Positions 44,904 through 56,887 of a stretch of DNA of 60,079 nt are shown here, piece after piece. Positions within the stretch are counted from its first letter, which is position 1. Each line of letters begins with the position of its first letter. Made by a program: the position numbers and the translations under genes. The stretch covers positions 1-60,079 of the forward strand of contig DAOUDM010000011.1 in assembly GCA_034431095.1 (NCBI GenBank). Direction: 5' to 3'. The notes beneath the pieces were generated by a model. That model made no database searches. It was not told where the DNA came from and saw only the letters and a program-made list of their open reading frames with translations. The DNA comes from Dehalococcoidales bacterium. Its GTDB lineage: Bacteria > Chloroflexota > Dehalococcoidia > Dehalococcoidales > W693.

Positions 44904-46586
44904 CTCTTTTATCCGGTTAACCGCTTCCTCAAGCGGTACTATTTTAGCTTTCTTCTCAGAGCGTAACTTTAGCTCAACGCTGTTTTTCTCTAGTGTGCGC
45001 GGGCTGATGGTTACCCTTATGGGTATCCCCAGCAGGTCGGCGTCGTTGAACTTGATTCCCGGGGACTCGATTCGGTCGTCAAAGAGCACTTCCAGCCCTT
45101 GCCCCTCAAGCTCGGCGTAGAGGTTCTCCGTAGCCTTGAGCACCTCGGGGTTTTCCATAAATAGAGGGCAGAGGTAGAGCTGGTATGGAGCAACCGACAT
45201 CGGCCAGATGATGCCCTTATCATCGTGGTTAAGCTCCACAATAGCCGCCATAAGACGGCCGATACCGATGCCGTAGCAGCCCATGACAATGGGGTGCGAA
45301 ACGCCGCTGGCATCTATGTAAGAGGCGCCCAGCTTTTCGCTTAGGAAGGTGCCCAGCTTGAAAACATGACCGACCTCAATCCCCTGTGTGGCAAGTAATT
45401 TGCCGCTGCACCTGGGGCAGCCTTCACCGGCGTGAGCCAGGGCGATATCCGCCACTAGGTCAGCCTTGAAATCCCGGGGGTAGTTGACATTCTTAAGGTG
45501 GGTATCGGCTTTGTTGGCACCGGCGACGAAGTTCGTTCCCGAGGTTACCGATTTGTCGGCGACAATCCTGACATTCTTTAAGCCTACCGGTGACGCCGAG
45601 CCGGCGACGATACCGGCGGCAATAGCCTCGTCCTCGCCAGCCATGCGGAGCTCGGAGCAGCGCAGCAGGTTCTTCAGCTTTACCTCGTTGACCTCAATGT
45701 CGCCCCTGATAACCACGAAAATGAGCTTGCTGTCGGCAACATAGAAGACGGCTTTCAGGGTCTGGCTCTGAGGGACACCGAGAAAGGCTGATACCTCTTC
45801 AATTGTATAATAGCCGGGCGTAGCCACTTCTTCTATGGGTAGTGGCTGTCCGCCGTCTGCCTTGTCTTTGATGCTTTCTGCCTTCTCGGCATTGGCGGCG
45901 TAGTCACAGCCATCGCAGTAGATGATCTCGTCCTCGCCGCTTTCGGCGATGACCATGAACTCGTGGGAGTCCTTGCCGCCGATGGCGCCGCTGTCAGCCT
46001 CTATAAGGATGGCTGGCAGACCACAGCGCTTGTAGATATTACTATAGGCGTTCAGTATTTTGCCATAGCTCTGCCCCAGCCCGTCCTCGTCGGCGTCGAA
46101 GCTATAGAGGTCTTTCATGGTGAACTCCCTCACCCTTATCAGTCCGCCTCTGGGCCTCGGCTCATCGCGAAACTTGGTCTGGATCTGATAGAGAAGTAAG
46201 GGCAGGTCGCGGTAGCTCTGCACGTTGTGGCTGACAAGCTCGGTGATGACCTCTTCGTGCGTTGGGCCGAGGGCTAGCTGGCGCTCCTTGCGGTCGTATA
46301 GGGTAAAGAGACCCTTGCCGAAGGCGAGGTCGCGTCCTGTTTTCTGCCACAGCTCGATGGGCTGGAGCACAGGCATAGATAGCTCCTGGCCGCCGGCTTT
46401 ATTCATTTCGTCGCGGACGATGCTCTCTATTTTTCCTATCACCCGCCAGGCTAAAGGCAGATAGGAGTAGATGCCAGCCGCCAGCTGGCGTATCATGCCG
46501 GCTCTAAGCAATAGCTGGTGGCTTACCGTATCCGCTTCGGCCGGTATCTCTCGCTGTGTTTTACCGAATAACTTTGATAGACGCAC
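44889..46586 (-). CDS. proS: Proline--tRNA ligase with editing (INS) domain
   Basis: GPTHEE, QTKFRDEPRPRGGLIRVREF, IEVGHVFKLG, MGCYGIG. Confidence 0.99.
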   Translation of the reverse strand: MRLSKLFGKTQREIPAEADTVSHQLLLRAGMIRQLAAGIYSYLPLAWRVIGKIESIVRDEMNKAGGQELSMPVLQPIELWQKTGRDLAFGKGLFTLYDRKERQLALGPTHEEVITELVSHNVQSYRDLPLLLYQIQTKFRDEPRPRGGLIRVREFTMKDLYSFDADEDGLGQSYGKILNAYSNIYKRCGLPAILIEADSGAIGGKDSHEFMVIAESGEDEIIYCDGCDYAANAEKAESIKDKADGGQPLPIEEVATPGYYTIEEVSAFLGVPQSQTLKAVFYVADSKLIFVVIRGDIEVNEVKLKNLLRCSELRMAGEDEAIAAGIVAGSASPVGLKNVRIVADKSVTSGTNFVAGANKADTHLKNVNYPRDFKADLVADIALAHAGEGCPRCSGKLLATQGIEVGHVFKLGTFLSEKLGASYIDASGVSHPIVMGCYGIGIGRLMAAIVELNHDDKGIIWPMSVAPYQLYLCPLFMENPEVLKATENLYAELEGQGLEVLFDDRIESPGIKFNDADLLGIPIRVTISPRTLEKNSVELKLRSEKKAKIVPLEEAVNRIKELAKS

Positions 46587-46591
46587 CGGCT

Positions 46592-46984
46592 CTACTCAAA
46601 CTCCTTTCTGGATATGGAGATAAAGACAACCGCCAGTACTCCCAGAATCTGTGACGGGAAGACGGAGCAAATAGAGCCAGCCAGCGCCATTCCCCACCCC
46701 CGCCTCTGAATGGCGTAAATACCACCTACGATGGCTACTATATTAACGCATAGCAGGGGTATGGCTATTATGCCGATTATGGTTAAAGGCAGACCTGCCT
46801 GCCAGTAGCCCAGGGAGCTCAGAACGTCGCGGGCTATGGCGGCGCCAAAGATGCTGCCAAAGGTAAGGAAGAAGGCGATGGTAATAAAGCCCAGTGCCCC
46901 GGAGATGATGCTTAGAATGCCGCCGGCTGTTGGCATCCAGGTCTTGGGTGCCGGTTTCGGGGCGTCGTCTGGTTGCTGTGACAC
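46592..46984 (-). CDS. Hypothetical membrane protein
   Basis: PTAGGILSIISG...AIVGGIYAIQRRGWGMALAGSI; several TM segments. Confidence 0.65.
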   Translation of the reverse strand: MSQQPDDAPKPAPKTWMPTAGGILSIISGALGFITIAFFLTFGSIFGAAIARDVLSSLGYWQAGLPLTIIGIIAIPLLCVNIVAIVGGIYAIQRRGWGMALAGSICSVFPSQILGVLAVVFISISRKEFE

Positions 46985-47220
46985 TTTTTTAGTCCCTCCG
47001 TGTCGGTTAAGCTGTAACGAGATTGGTGATTACCAGAATTAAACCATATCGGGTGGATTTATGCCAGTCCTATTGATATTTCTCCTTGAGGGTGGTGGGC
47101 GGGAATAGATAGTAGAAAATCTCTCTCTTAATTCCACTTACCGAGGGTGGGCTCGGGTGGGAAAGAAAAGCTAAAGAAAGCTGAGGGGTGGGGTGGCTTT
47201 CACCCCAAGCCAGTCCTTTT

Positions 47221-47310
47221 ATCAGAACAACCTCTCCCCCTTAATCCCCCTCTCCTTGTAAGGAGAGGGGGAGATATAAAAAGAGGGGCTTTGCCCCTCT
47301 TAAACGCCCC
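47221..47310. repeat. REP-like palindromic intergenic element, copy 2
   Basis: Identical 26-bp palindrome at 47246-47271 plus AAGAGGGGCTTTGCCCCTCTT hairpin; inverted relative to the 7861-7990 copy. Confidence 0.75.
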
Positions 47311-47346
47311 TGATTATAATAAACTTGCCCCTCTTAAACTTCCCCA

Positions 47347-48474
47347 TTATCTTGTCATTTTTCTAACAAAGGTTATCAAGAATAGGGCAATAGTGAAAAC
47401 TCCAATAAATGATTCAAGAGCACCGAAACCTTGCACCCATCCGATTGGTGGGGATGCCCAATTTCCATATCCTAGAGCTGTGAATGAGACAGCACTATAA
47501 TATAGAGAATATGGTAGAGTTAGTCCTCCGAGTAGGTAATAGACCGCTGCAAGGCCAAATACAACTGATGCTGCCCAGCCGATAACTCTTAACGGTTTTT
47601 CACCATAGCCACAGATGAGAGAAATAAACTTAGACCATGCCCAATGGAATGGTTTTCTGGGGAAGATGGCTTTTGACAAATCCTTAGGCTTGAAAGGGAG
47701 AAGCAACTCTCTAAAGGGCTTACTTTTGTTGCCCTGCCACCAAAAGTTCTTTCTTTTTGCTGTCATCTCCCGAAAGAAGAACTCTCCCGCTATGTCATAT
47801 ATTCCGGCATTAATATGCCACATCTTCAGCTGTCGATAGATATCTGAAGCCCATAAGAAATACTGTTTTGACTCCTCTCCCATGGTGTAGCTTCCCCAGT
47901 ACACTCTCACTAGCTTAGTATTAGGGGAAAACACAGTTTCGTGTAAATGAACTCGCTCTAGGTTAGCTCTAGTTAGGTCAGTTTCCTCTAGCTGGGCATG
48001 CTGCAAACGCGCTTCCTCTAGGTGCGCATTTCGTAAATCAGCCTTCTCAAAGTTAGTGTCCCTCAAATTAGCCCCTTCGAGATGAATGTATCGAAGACGA
48101 GCATCATTAAGGTTAGCTCCTCTTAAAATTGCCCCCTCTAAATGAGCATGTGTTAAATTGGCTCTATACATTTGAGCATTACTCATCTTTGCTTTTTGGG
48201 CTTGAGTGTTTCGTAAATCAGCTTCTTCAAGGTGAGCTCTATTCAGCTTAGCTCCCTGAAGGTCGGCGTATCGTAACTTAGCCCCTTGTAGGTGAGCGTC
48301 AGATAGATTTGCTCTTGCAAGTATGATTCTATTAAGGTTAAGACCACGCAAGTCAACGCTTTCCTCAAATACTTTTCCTGAAAGGTCAAGACCCTTGGCT
48401 GCGCTACCGTGTCTTCTTATTCGCCTGAGCACATCTTCGCGGGTGTAGGGATTTTGTCTTGTTCCGTCTCCCAT
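47347..48474 (-). CDS. Pentapeptide-repeat protein with C-terminal two-TM ion-channel-like domain
   Basis: About 24 A(D/N/H)LxxA-type pentapeptides; GYGEKP, then YYSAVSFTALGYGN pore-like segment and ESFIG; AT-rich. Confidence 0.85.
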   Translation of the reverse strand: MGDGTRQNPYTREDVLRRIRRHGSAAKGLDLSGKVFEESVDLRGLNLNRIILARANLSDAHLQGAKLRYADLQGAKLNRAHLEEADLRNTQAQKAKMSNAQMYRANLTHAHLEGAILRGANLNDARLRYIHLEGANLRDTNFEKADLRNAHLEEARLQHAQLEETDLTRANLERVHLHETVFSPNTKLVRVYWGSYTMGEESKQYFLWASDIYRQLKMWHINAGIYDIAGEFFFREMTAKRKNFWWQGNKSKPFRELLLPFKPKDLSKAIFPRKPFHWAWSKFISLICGYGEKPLRVIGWAASVVFGLAAVYYLLGGLTLPYSLYYSAVSFTALGYGNWASPPIGWVQGFGALESFIGVFTIALFLITFVRKMTR

Positions 48475-48477
48475 AGC

Positions 48478-49524
48478 TTAAAACCCCTCCACCTCCCTCA
48501 TCAGCACGCTTACAAAGTCCTTTTCCTCAATTACCCCAATCTTTTTTCCCTTCTTAAAAAGGACGGCTCTGCCCTTGCCGCAGGCGATACCGATATCGGC
48601 GTCTCTGGCTTCGCCGGGTCCATTGACGACGCAGCCCATCACCGCCACCTTTATCGGCTTGTTAATCTTCAGCAGCCGTTCTTCCACTTCCCTTGCCAGA
48701 CGTATAATATCAACCTCAGTCCTTCCACAAGAAGGACAGCTGACCAGAACCGGGCCGCGCTGGCGCAAATCGAGGCTCTTCAGGATTTCGTAGGCGGCGA
48801 TTACCTCTTCCCTGGGGTGGGCTGAGAGCGATACCCTGATAGTATCGCCGATGCCCATATAGAGCAGGGGGCTGATGCCGGCGACGCTGCGGATGATACC
48901 GCTCCTGGGTGGGCCGGCTTCGGTAATGCCGATATGCAGTGGGTAGGGGATTTTCTCAGCGATGTCCCGGTAGGCTTCTATGGTCGTCGGCACGTCGAAA
49001 GCCTTGAGCGAGACCTTTATTAAATCAAAGTCCAGCTTTTCCAGCAGTCTGATGTGCTCCATCGCCGCCGCCACCATCTTTTGGGCGGTGGTCAGCTTGG
49101 GGTCGGCTGTTCTGGGCAGGCTGCCGGCGTTCACCCCGATGCGGATGGGGATACCCCTCTCTCTGGCGGCTCTGGCGATGACGGTAACCTTCTCCGGCTG
49201 GCTGATATTGCCCGGGTTCAGCCGCAGCCCGTCGACGCCGGCGGAGATAGCCGCCAGCGCCAGCCGGTGGTCGAAGTGGATATCGGCGATAAGTGGTATG
49301 GAGATCCCTTTCTTAATAGCCGATAGGGATTCGGCGGCTTCTCTATCGGGTACAGCCACCCGTACTAGCTCACAGCCACAGTCTTCCAGCTCTTTAATCT
49401 GGTTGATGGTTGACATAACATCTCGGGTATCGGTCTTGGTCATAGACTGGACTATGATAGGGGCGCCGCCGCCGACGGTTACACTACCGATTTTGATTGG
49501 CTTGGAGACTCGCCGTTGGTTCAT
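48478..49524 (-). CDS. ispG: 4-hydroxy-3-methylbut-2-en-1-yl diphosphate synthase
   Basis: VQSMT, ADIHFD, RLNPGNI, RIGVNAGSL, HIGITEAG, SCPSCGR, VMGCVVNGPGE. Start set at MNQRR (ATGA overlap with rseP). Confidence 0.98.
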   Translation of the reverse strand: MNQRRVSKPIKIGSVTVGGGAPIIVQSMTKTDTRDVMSTINQIKELEDCGCELVRVAVPDREAAESLSAIKKGISIPLIADIHFDHRLALAAISAGVDGLRLNPGNISQPEKVTVIARAARERGIPIRIGVNAGSLPRTADPKLTTAQKMVAAAMEHIRLLEKLDFDLIKVSLKAFDVPTTIEAYRDIAEKIPYPLHIGITEAGPPRSGIIRSVAGISPLLYMGIGDTIRVSLSAHPREEVIAAYEILKSLDLRQRGPVLVSCPSCGRTEVDIIRLAREVEERLLKINKPIKVAVMGCVVNGPGEARDADIGIACGKGRAVLFKKGKKIGVIEEKDFVSVLMREVEGF

Positions 49525-50588
49525 GGTATTATGCTCTCCCCGCTTATGATACGCATGATGTCCTGGAAGGTAACCGCCAGGATGAATGCCATCAGCATGG
49601 CAAAGCCGATTAGATGTACCAGCCCCTCTCTCTTGGGCGAGATACGCTTGCCACGGCGAACCCACTCCAGGAGGACGAAGGCGATTCTGCCGCCGTCCAG
49701 CGCCGGCAGTGGCAGGAGGTTCAATATAGCCAGGTTGAGACTGAAGAAGGCAGTCCACTCCAGAAGCGGGCTGATGCCGGCTTTAGCCACCTCGCCGGTT
49801 ATCTGGGCGATGCCCACCGGCCCGGCAACGCCACCGACGGTGGCAGTACCGATGAACAGGCTGAGTATGGCATTCTTGAACAGCACCATAGTTTCTACAG
49901 TCTGTCCTACTCCCATGGGTATTGCCCGCCAGAAGGGTTCGCTCTGGCTCTCTACAATCGGGTCTTTAGTGGTTACAGCCACCCCGATGGCACCCTCGCC
50001 TTCCGGCGGTCTCCATCTGGGGCTCAGCTTTATCTCTTCCTGGCTGGCGTCGTCGTGCTCCACCAGCATGGTAATTTCACCACCCAGGTTGAGCTGGATA
50101 TAACGGCTCAGGTCTGACGTATTGTTTATGGTCTTATTATTTATACTGAGAATAGTATCCCCGGCTCTGATGCCGGCTATAGCGGCCGGTGAGTTTTCAG
50201 CTATTTCCTCGACGGTTACCTGCCCCATTACCACATCGTGGGGAACCATAAAGGCGATTGACAGCAGCAGGAAGGGGAGTATGGCGTTCATCAGCGAGCC
50301 GGCGCTCAAGACCAGCAGTCTGGTGCCGACGCCCTTGCTGGCGAGGCTGCGCTCTACCTTCGGGTCTTCCTCGCCAGACATCTTGGTGAAGCCGCCCAGG
50401 GGTATGGCGTTCAGCGAGTATGTTGTCTCGCCGCGCTTTATGCCGAATAGCCGGGGAGGATAGCCCAGCCCGAACTCCTCCACCTTGACACCGCAGGCTT
50501 TGGCGGTGGCGAAGTGCCCCAGTTCGTGGGCGATGATAACTATAGCCAGGACGCCGAAGAAAGCGAGGACGGTTATCACTATATCCAT
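49521..50588 (-). CDS. rseP: RIP metalloprotease RseP (M50, PDZ)
   Basis: HELGH, PLGGF, NLLPLPALDGG. Confidence 0.96.
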   Translation of the reverse strand: MDIVITVLAFFGVLAIVIIAHELGHFATAKACGVKVEEFGLGYPPRLFGIKRGETTYSLNAIPLGGFTKMSGEEDPKVERSLASKGVGTRLLVLSAGSLMNAILPFLLLSIAFMVPHDVVMGQVTVEEIAENSPAAIAGIRAGDTILSINNKTINNTSDLSRYIQLNLGGEITMLVEHDDASQEEIKLSPRWRPPEGEGAIGVAVTTKDPIVESQSEPFWRAIPMGVGQTVETMVLFKNAILSLFIGTATVGGVAGPVGIAQITGEVAKAGISPLLEWTAFFSLNLAILNLLPLPALDGGRIAFVLLEWVRRGKRISPKREGLVHLIGFAMLMAFILAVTFQDIMRIISGESIIP

Positions 50589-51730
50589 TACGACCTGTCT
50601 CCAGGGGCGAGCTCATAGGCTTTTTCTCTAGCCCAGGCATCGGCGGCGGTTATTTCTTCTATGATGGGGTGGGCTACAGGATGGTGCTTTTCTAGCACCT
50701 GCTGTATCAGGGCGGGAATATCTAAAAACTTAATACGGTTGGCCAGGAATAGCTCGACGGCGACCTCGTCGGCGGCGCAGAGCACGGCGGGGTAGGTGCC
50801 GCCCTTTTTACCGGCTTCAATAGCCAGACTAAGGCAGGGGAAGGTTTCCAGGTCAGGCTCCTTGAAATCGAGGTGGCTGATAAGGCTCCAGTCAATCTTG
50901 GGCAGTACCGGGTTGGGCAGGCGTTCCGGGTAGGTCAGGGCATACTGGATGGGCAGACGCATATCGGGCCGGCTAAGTTGGGCTTTAGCCGAGCCGTCGC
51001 TGAACTCGACTATAGAGTGGACGATGCTCTGGGGGTGGACCAGAACGCTTATACTTTCAAAGGGCATAGCGAACAGCCAGTGGGCTTCGATAACCTCCAG
51101 CCCCTTGTTCATCAATGTCGCCGAGTCGGTAGTAACCTTCTTCCCCATCTGCCACGATGGGTGCTTCAGTGCCTGCTCGGCGGTTACGTTCTCCAGCTGG
51201 GCAGTGGTGAAACAGCAGAAGGGCCCCCCGGAGGCAGTCAGGATGAGGCGGGAAGCTGGCGTGGCTTCACCCTCGAGGCACTGCCAGATAGCGCTGTGTT
51301 CACTATCGATGGGCAGAATTCGGGCGCCGTTTGCCTTGGCTTCGTTCATGATAATCTCTCCGGCGGTAACTAGGGATTCCTTGTTGGCTAGAGCGATGTC
51401 CTTGCCTGCCCTGATGGCGGCCAGTGTCGGGCTCAGGCCAGAGCTTCCCGATATGGCGGTAACCACGGTATCCACCCGGGGGTGGGCCGCCATTTCCTCC
51501 ATAGACAGGAACTGGTAGTTTCCGCTTTTGGGGTTGTCTTGACCTTCCCGGTAGTAGACGAACCTGGGCTTGAACTCTTTAACCTGTTTTTCCAGCAGGG
51601 CGAGGTTGCCGCCGGCTGCCAGCCCGACTATCTCAAACCTGTCGGGAAAGGCACGGACTACCTCCAGCGTCTGCCGGCCTATGGAGCCAGTGGAACCCAG
51701 CACCGCCAGCCGTTTTACTATACCAGCCAT
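50588..51730 (-). CDS. dxr: 1-deoxy-D-xylulose-5-phosphate reductoisomerase
   Basis: LGSTGSIG, LANKESLV, PIDSEHSA, HPSWQMG, NKGLEVIEA. Confidence 0.98.
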   Translation of the reverse strand: MAGIVKRLAVLGSTGSIGRQTLEVVRAFPDRFEIVGLAAGGNLALLEKQVKEFKPRFVYYREGQDNPKSGNYQFLSMEEMAAHPRVDTVVTAISGSSGLSPTLAAIRAGKDIALANKESLVTAGEIIMNEAKANGARILPIDSEHSAIWQCLEGEATPASRLILTASGGPFCCFTTAQLENVTAEQALKHPSWQMGKKVTTDSATLMNKGLEVIEAHWLFAMPFESISVLVHPQSIVHSIVEFSDGSAKAQLSRPDMRLPIQYALTYPERLPNPVLPKIDWSLISHLDFKEPDLETFPCLSLAIEAGKKGGTYPAVLCAADEVAVELFLANRIKFLDIPALIQQVLEKHHPVAHPIIEEITAADAWAREKAYELAPGDRS

Positions 51731-52515
51731 ATCACATAATAGTATACCACTACGCCGGCAAAGACAACGCTATCCATGCGGTCGAGGAAGCCGCCGTGAC
51801 CCGGCATGGCGTTGCCCGAGTCCTTCACCCTCATATTGCGTTTGAAAAGGGACTCGAACAGGTCGCCGATTTGCCCAAAAACGCTGACGGCGATTGCCAG
51901 CGGTAGTGCCGCCACGTAGCCGATAGGCAGGTCGAGGAGCATAACAAGAAGCAGGCTGGCTATAATAGCTCCGATAACGCCGCCGATGGCGCCCTCACGG
52001 GTCTTTTTAGGACTGATGTCGGGGGCGAGGGGGTGCCTGCCCCAGGCTCTGCCGATAAAGTATGCCGCCGAATCGGAGGCAAAGGTGACGAAAAGAGCAA
52101 AAAGCACCCAGTCGCGGCCGGATTCCAGCCCCCTCAGGGCGACGAAGTGGCTCAACAGCCAGCCGATATAGAGAATGCCGGCTATCGTCCACGCCCAGCT
52201 GGCAAAAGCGTCTTCCTTCCGGCGGCGGGCTAAAAGCCAGAGCGGGGGCAGGACTACCGCCGAGGTTAATAGTAATGGGTTGATATAAGCCCAGCTACAG
52301 TGCGGGCTGATGATAAATAGCAGTGTCCAGATAAGCCCGAAGCAGGTGAGAGGTTCTACCCGGGATGTTTTAACCGCTCTATAGAACTCCAGGGCTGCCA
52401 GCACTCCCCAGATGGCTGTTACTACAGTAAGCCAGGGCAGTGGCTCATCAAACCAGACGGCGGCTATCAGAACGGGCAGAAGGCAGACCGCCGTGATAAC
52501 CCTTTTCTTGAGCAT
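51718..52515 (-). CDS. cdsA: Phosphatidate cytidylyltransferase
   Basis: SDSAAYFIG, ISPKKTREG, GDLFESLFKR...KDSG...PGHGGFLDRMDS. Start set at MLKKRV. Confidence 0.96.
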   Translation of the reverse strand: MLKKRVITAVCLLPVLIAAVWFDEPLPWLTVVTAIWGVLAALEFYRAVKTSRVEPLTCFGLIWTLLFIISPHCSWAYINPLLLTSAVVLPPLWLLARRRKEDAFASWAWTIAGILYIGWLLSHFVALRGLESGRDWVLFALFVTFASDSAAYFIGRAWGRHPLAPDISPKKTREGAIGGVIGAIIASLLLVMLLDLPIGYVAALPLAIAVSVFGQIGDLFESLFKRNMRVKDSGNAMPGHGGFLDRMDSVVFAGVVVYYYVIWLV

Positions 52516-52516
52516 T

Positions 52517-53215
52517 TTACACTCTGCCGAAACGCCTCTGCCTCTGGCTATAGACTGCCAGCGCCTTCTCAACCTCTCTGGTGTTGAAGTCCGGCCAGAG
52601 CACCTCGGTAAAGTAGTATTCGCTGTAAGCCGATTGCCACAGCAGGAAGTTGCTGATGCGTAGCTCGCCGCCGGTGCGGACGACCAGGTCGACATAGGGC
52701 AGGTCGGCGGTGTAGAGGTGGCTGTTGAACAGCTCCTCGTTTACGTCCTGCGGGGATATGCCTTCTGCTATGATATTACGCACTGCGTCCAGGATTTCGG
52801 CCCGCCCCCCGTAGTCGAAGGCGAGGCTCAGGTTCATTCCGGTATTGTTTTTAGTCAGCTCGGTAGCCATCTCTATTGCCAGCTTAAGGCCCTGCGGCAG
52901 CCTTTCCAGGCGACCTATGTGGTGAAACTTGACACCGTTTTGGTGCAGTTCAACGGTCTCTTTCTCAATCGACTCGCCCAGTATCTTGAGCAGGCTGTTT
53001 ACCTCTATCTTGGGGCGGTTCCAGTTCTCGGTAGAGAAGCTGTAGAGGGTAACATAGTTTATATGGTATTCCCCAAGGCATTTGACTAACGAGCGGGTGC
53101 TCTCTATACCGGCGCAGTGGCCTTCGATACGGGGCAGGTGGCGCTGTTCCGCCCAGCGGCCGTTGCCGTCCATAATAAAGGCTATATGGTTGGGCAGACG
53201 GGCAAATTTCTTCAT
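52517..53215 (-). CDS. uppS: Polyprenyl (undecaprenyl) diphosphate synthase
   Basis: HIAFIMDGNGRWA, FSTENWNRP, RTGGELRISNFLLWQ. Confidence 0.98.
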   Translation of the reverse strand: MKKFARLPNHIAFIMDGNGRWAEQRHLPRIEGHCAGIESTRSLVKCLGEYHINYVTLYSFSTENWNRPKIEVNSLLKILGESIEKETVELHQNGVKFHHIGRLERLPQGLKLAIEMATELTKNNTGMNLSLAFDYGGRAEILDAVRNIIAEGISPQDVNEELFNSHLYTADLPYVDLVVRTGGELRISNFLLWQSAYSEYYFTEVLWPDFNTREVEKALAVYSQRQRRFGRV

Positions 53216-53381
53216 GGCTTTCTTCCGGCTTCTATTGTATCACAATATGGCGGGACTATTTACAGATTTGCGGGGGATTATACAGACCGCTGAATGGCTC
53301 TTACAAAAAGGGGCTATTATAGCCCTTTAATTTGTTGGTGTGGACAGGTAATATTTCTACTTTGGTGCTTCCCTGAACCGG

Positions 53382-55187
<1,806 letters not shown>

Positions 55188-55202
55188 CTCTTCCTCCCTG
55201 CT

Positions 55203-56003
55203 TTATTTCTCTTCTTCGGTGGTCGCTTCCGTAGATTCGATGGGTTCGGCAGTATCGGCAGTCTCAGCCTGTTCCAGGCTGGCTTCCTGTGTTTCCCCGG
55301 CTGGTGTTAATACCTCTTCCCCCGATTTGCCCTCGATGACGGCATCGGCTATTTTACTGGTCATAAGCTTGATAGCCCTTATGGCGTCGTCATTGGCTGG
55401 AATGGGAAAGTCTATATCGTCTGGGTTGCAGTTGGTATCGACAATGGCGACTATCGGTATGTCTACCCGTCTGGCTTCGGCAAGGGCAATGGCTTCTTTT
55501 GTCGGGTCGACGACGAATATGGCGTCCGGTAGACTGGTCATCTCTTTGAAACCGCCCATAAACTTGTTGAGGCGTACGATTTCCTTGTTGAGCTTCAGGG
55601 CTTCTTTTTTAGGCAGGCGGTTGAAATCGCCCCTGGCTTGCTGGTCTTCTAGCCGAACCAGGTGGTCTATCCGTGACTGAATAGTGGAGAAGTTGGTTAG
55701 TACTCCGCCTATCCAGCGCTGGTTGATATAGTACATGCCACAGCGTGTGGCTCCTTCCTCTATAATATCCTGGGCTTGCTTCTTGGTGCCGACAAAGAGA
55801 ATCTTACCGCCTTCGGCAACCAGCTCTTTGATGAACTGGCAGGCTCTGTCCAGCATGCTGGCCGTCTGCTCTAAATCAATGATATGGATGCCGTTGCGCT
55901 TGGTAAAGATATACTTCTTCATACGCGGGTGCCAGCGGCTGGTCTGGTGGCCGAAGTGCGCCCCGGCTTCTAAAAGCTCCTTTATTGTGGCTGTGCCTGG
56001 CAA
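55203..56003 (-). CDS. rpsB: 30S ribosomal protein S2
   Basis: [43 protein letters not shown]. Confidence 0.99.
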   Translation of the reverse strand: MPGTATIKELLEAGAHFGHQTSRWHPRMKKYIFTKRNGIHIIDLEQTASMLDRACQFIKELVAEGGKILFVGTKKQAQDIIEEGATRCGMYYINQRWIGGVLTNFSTIQSRIDHLVRLEDQQARGDFNRLPKKEALKLNKEIVRLNKFMGGFKEMTSLPDAIFVVDPTKEAIALAEARRVDIPIVAIVDTNCNPDDIDFPIPANDDAIRAIKLMTSKIADAVIEGKSGEEVLTPAGETQEASLEQAETADTAEPIESTEATTEEEK

Positions 56004-56117
56004 TAACGTAACTCCCTTCTAACTACCTGCATTAGCTTAACAGTATATCATACCCCCAGGTAGGCGGCAACAGCGTAACCGGAATAGCGGGTTCCGGCTA
56101 TCTTGGCTGGTTATAAT

Positions 56118-56882
56118 TTACAGGCTTTTGACCCACGCCACCGCATTCTTAAAGATTCCGAGCCCGTCTTCTTTATCGTCGCTTCTCTGGTGGGGCCATC
56201 TCGGGTGCTGGCTATTGCGGATGTGGCGCTCCGGGTGCGGCATCAGGGCGAAGATGCGCCCGGTGCTGTCGCAGATGCCGGCGATGTCTGCCATAGAGCC
56301 GTTGGGGTTGTGCGGGTAACCGGCTTGTCGGTTGCCCTGCCCGTCGGTGTAGTAGAGGGCTACATCCAGGCTGTTTATTACGGCAGTATCGGCAACGAGC
56401 TTGCCTTCACCGTGTGCTACCGGCAGGTAGAGACGCTCTATCCCCTTGGTGAAGACGCATCGGCTTTTGCCGTTGGCGACGAGGTATACCCAGCGGCACT
56501 CGAACCTGCCCGAGTCGTTTGTCGTCAGGGTCAACCGGTGATTGTTTCCCCCCTCGGGCAAAATGCCCGCTTTTACCAGCACCTGGAAGCCGTTGCAGAT
56601 GCCCAGAATGAGGCAGCCGTTTTCAATGAAGCGCTCTATATCATCGCCCAGCTTCAGCCGTATTTCGTTGGACAGCACCCTGCCCGCCCCCAGGTCATCG
56701 CCGTAGGTGAAGCCGCCGGGGATGACCATTATCTGGTAGTCTGCCAGCCTTTGCTGGCGGCGAATCAACTGCCCGATGTGAACCAGCGACGTCTCCGCCC
56801 CCGCCTGCTGGAAGGCGAAGGCAGTCTCCCGGTCGCAGTTCGTTCCCGGGGCTCTCAGTATCAGCGTTCTTACTCCGGCCAT
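56118..56882 (-). CDS. purQ: FGAM synthase glutaminase subunit
   Basis: PGTNCD, PGGFTYGD, GICNGFQ, HGEG, MPHPER. Confidence 0.97.
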   Translation of the reverse strand: MAGVRTLILRAPGTNCDRETAFAFQQAGAETSLVHIGQLIRRQQRLADYQIMVIPGGFTYGDDLGAGRVLSNEIRLKLGDDIERFIENGCLILGICNGFQVLVKAGILPEGGNNHRLTLTTNDSGRFECRWVYLVANGKSRCVFTKGIERLYLPVAHGEGKLVADTAVINSLDVALYYTDGQGNRQAGYPHNPNGSMADIAGICDSTGRIFALMPHPERHIRNSQHPRWPHQRSDDKEDGLGIFKNAVAWVKSL

Positions 56883-56887
56883 AGTCT

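Noticed and set aside
48478-49758. N-terminal 78-aa extension of IspG (and similar extensions of CdsA, CCA enzyme, MraZ, RplS)
   Set aside because: These extensions overlap upstream genes or promoters; downstream ATGs with normal coupling or RBS give canonical lengths.
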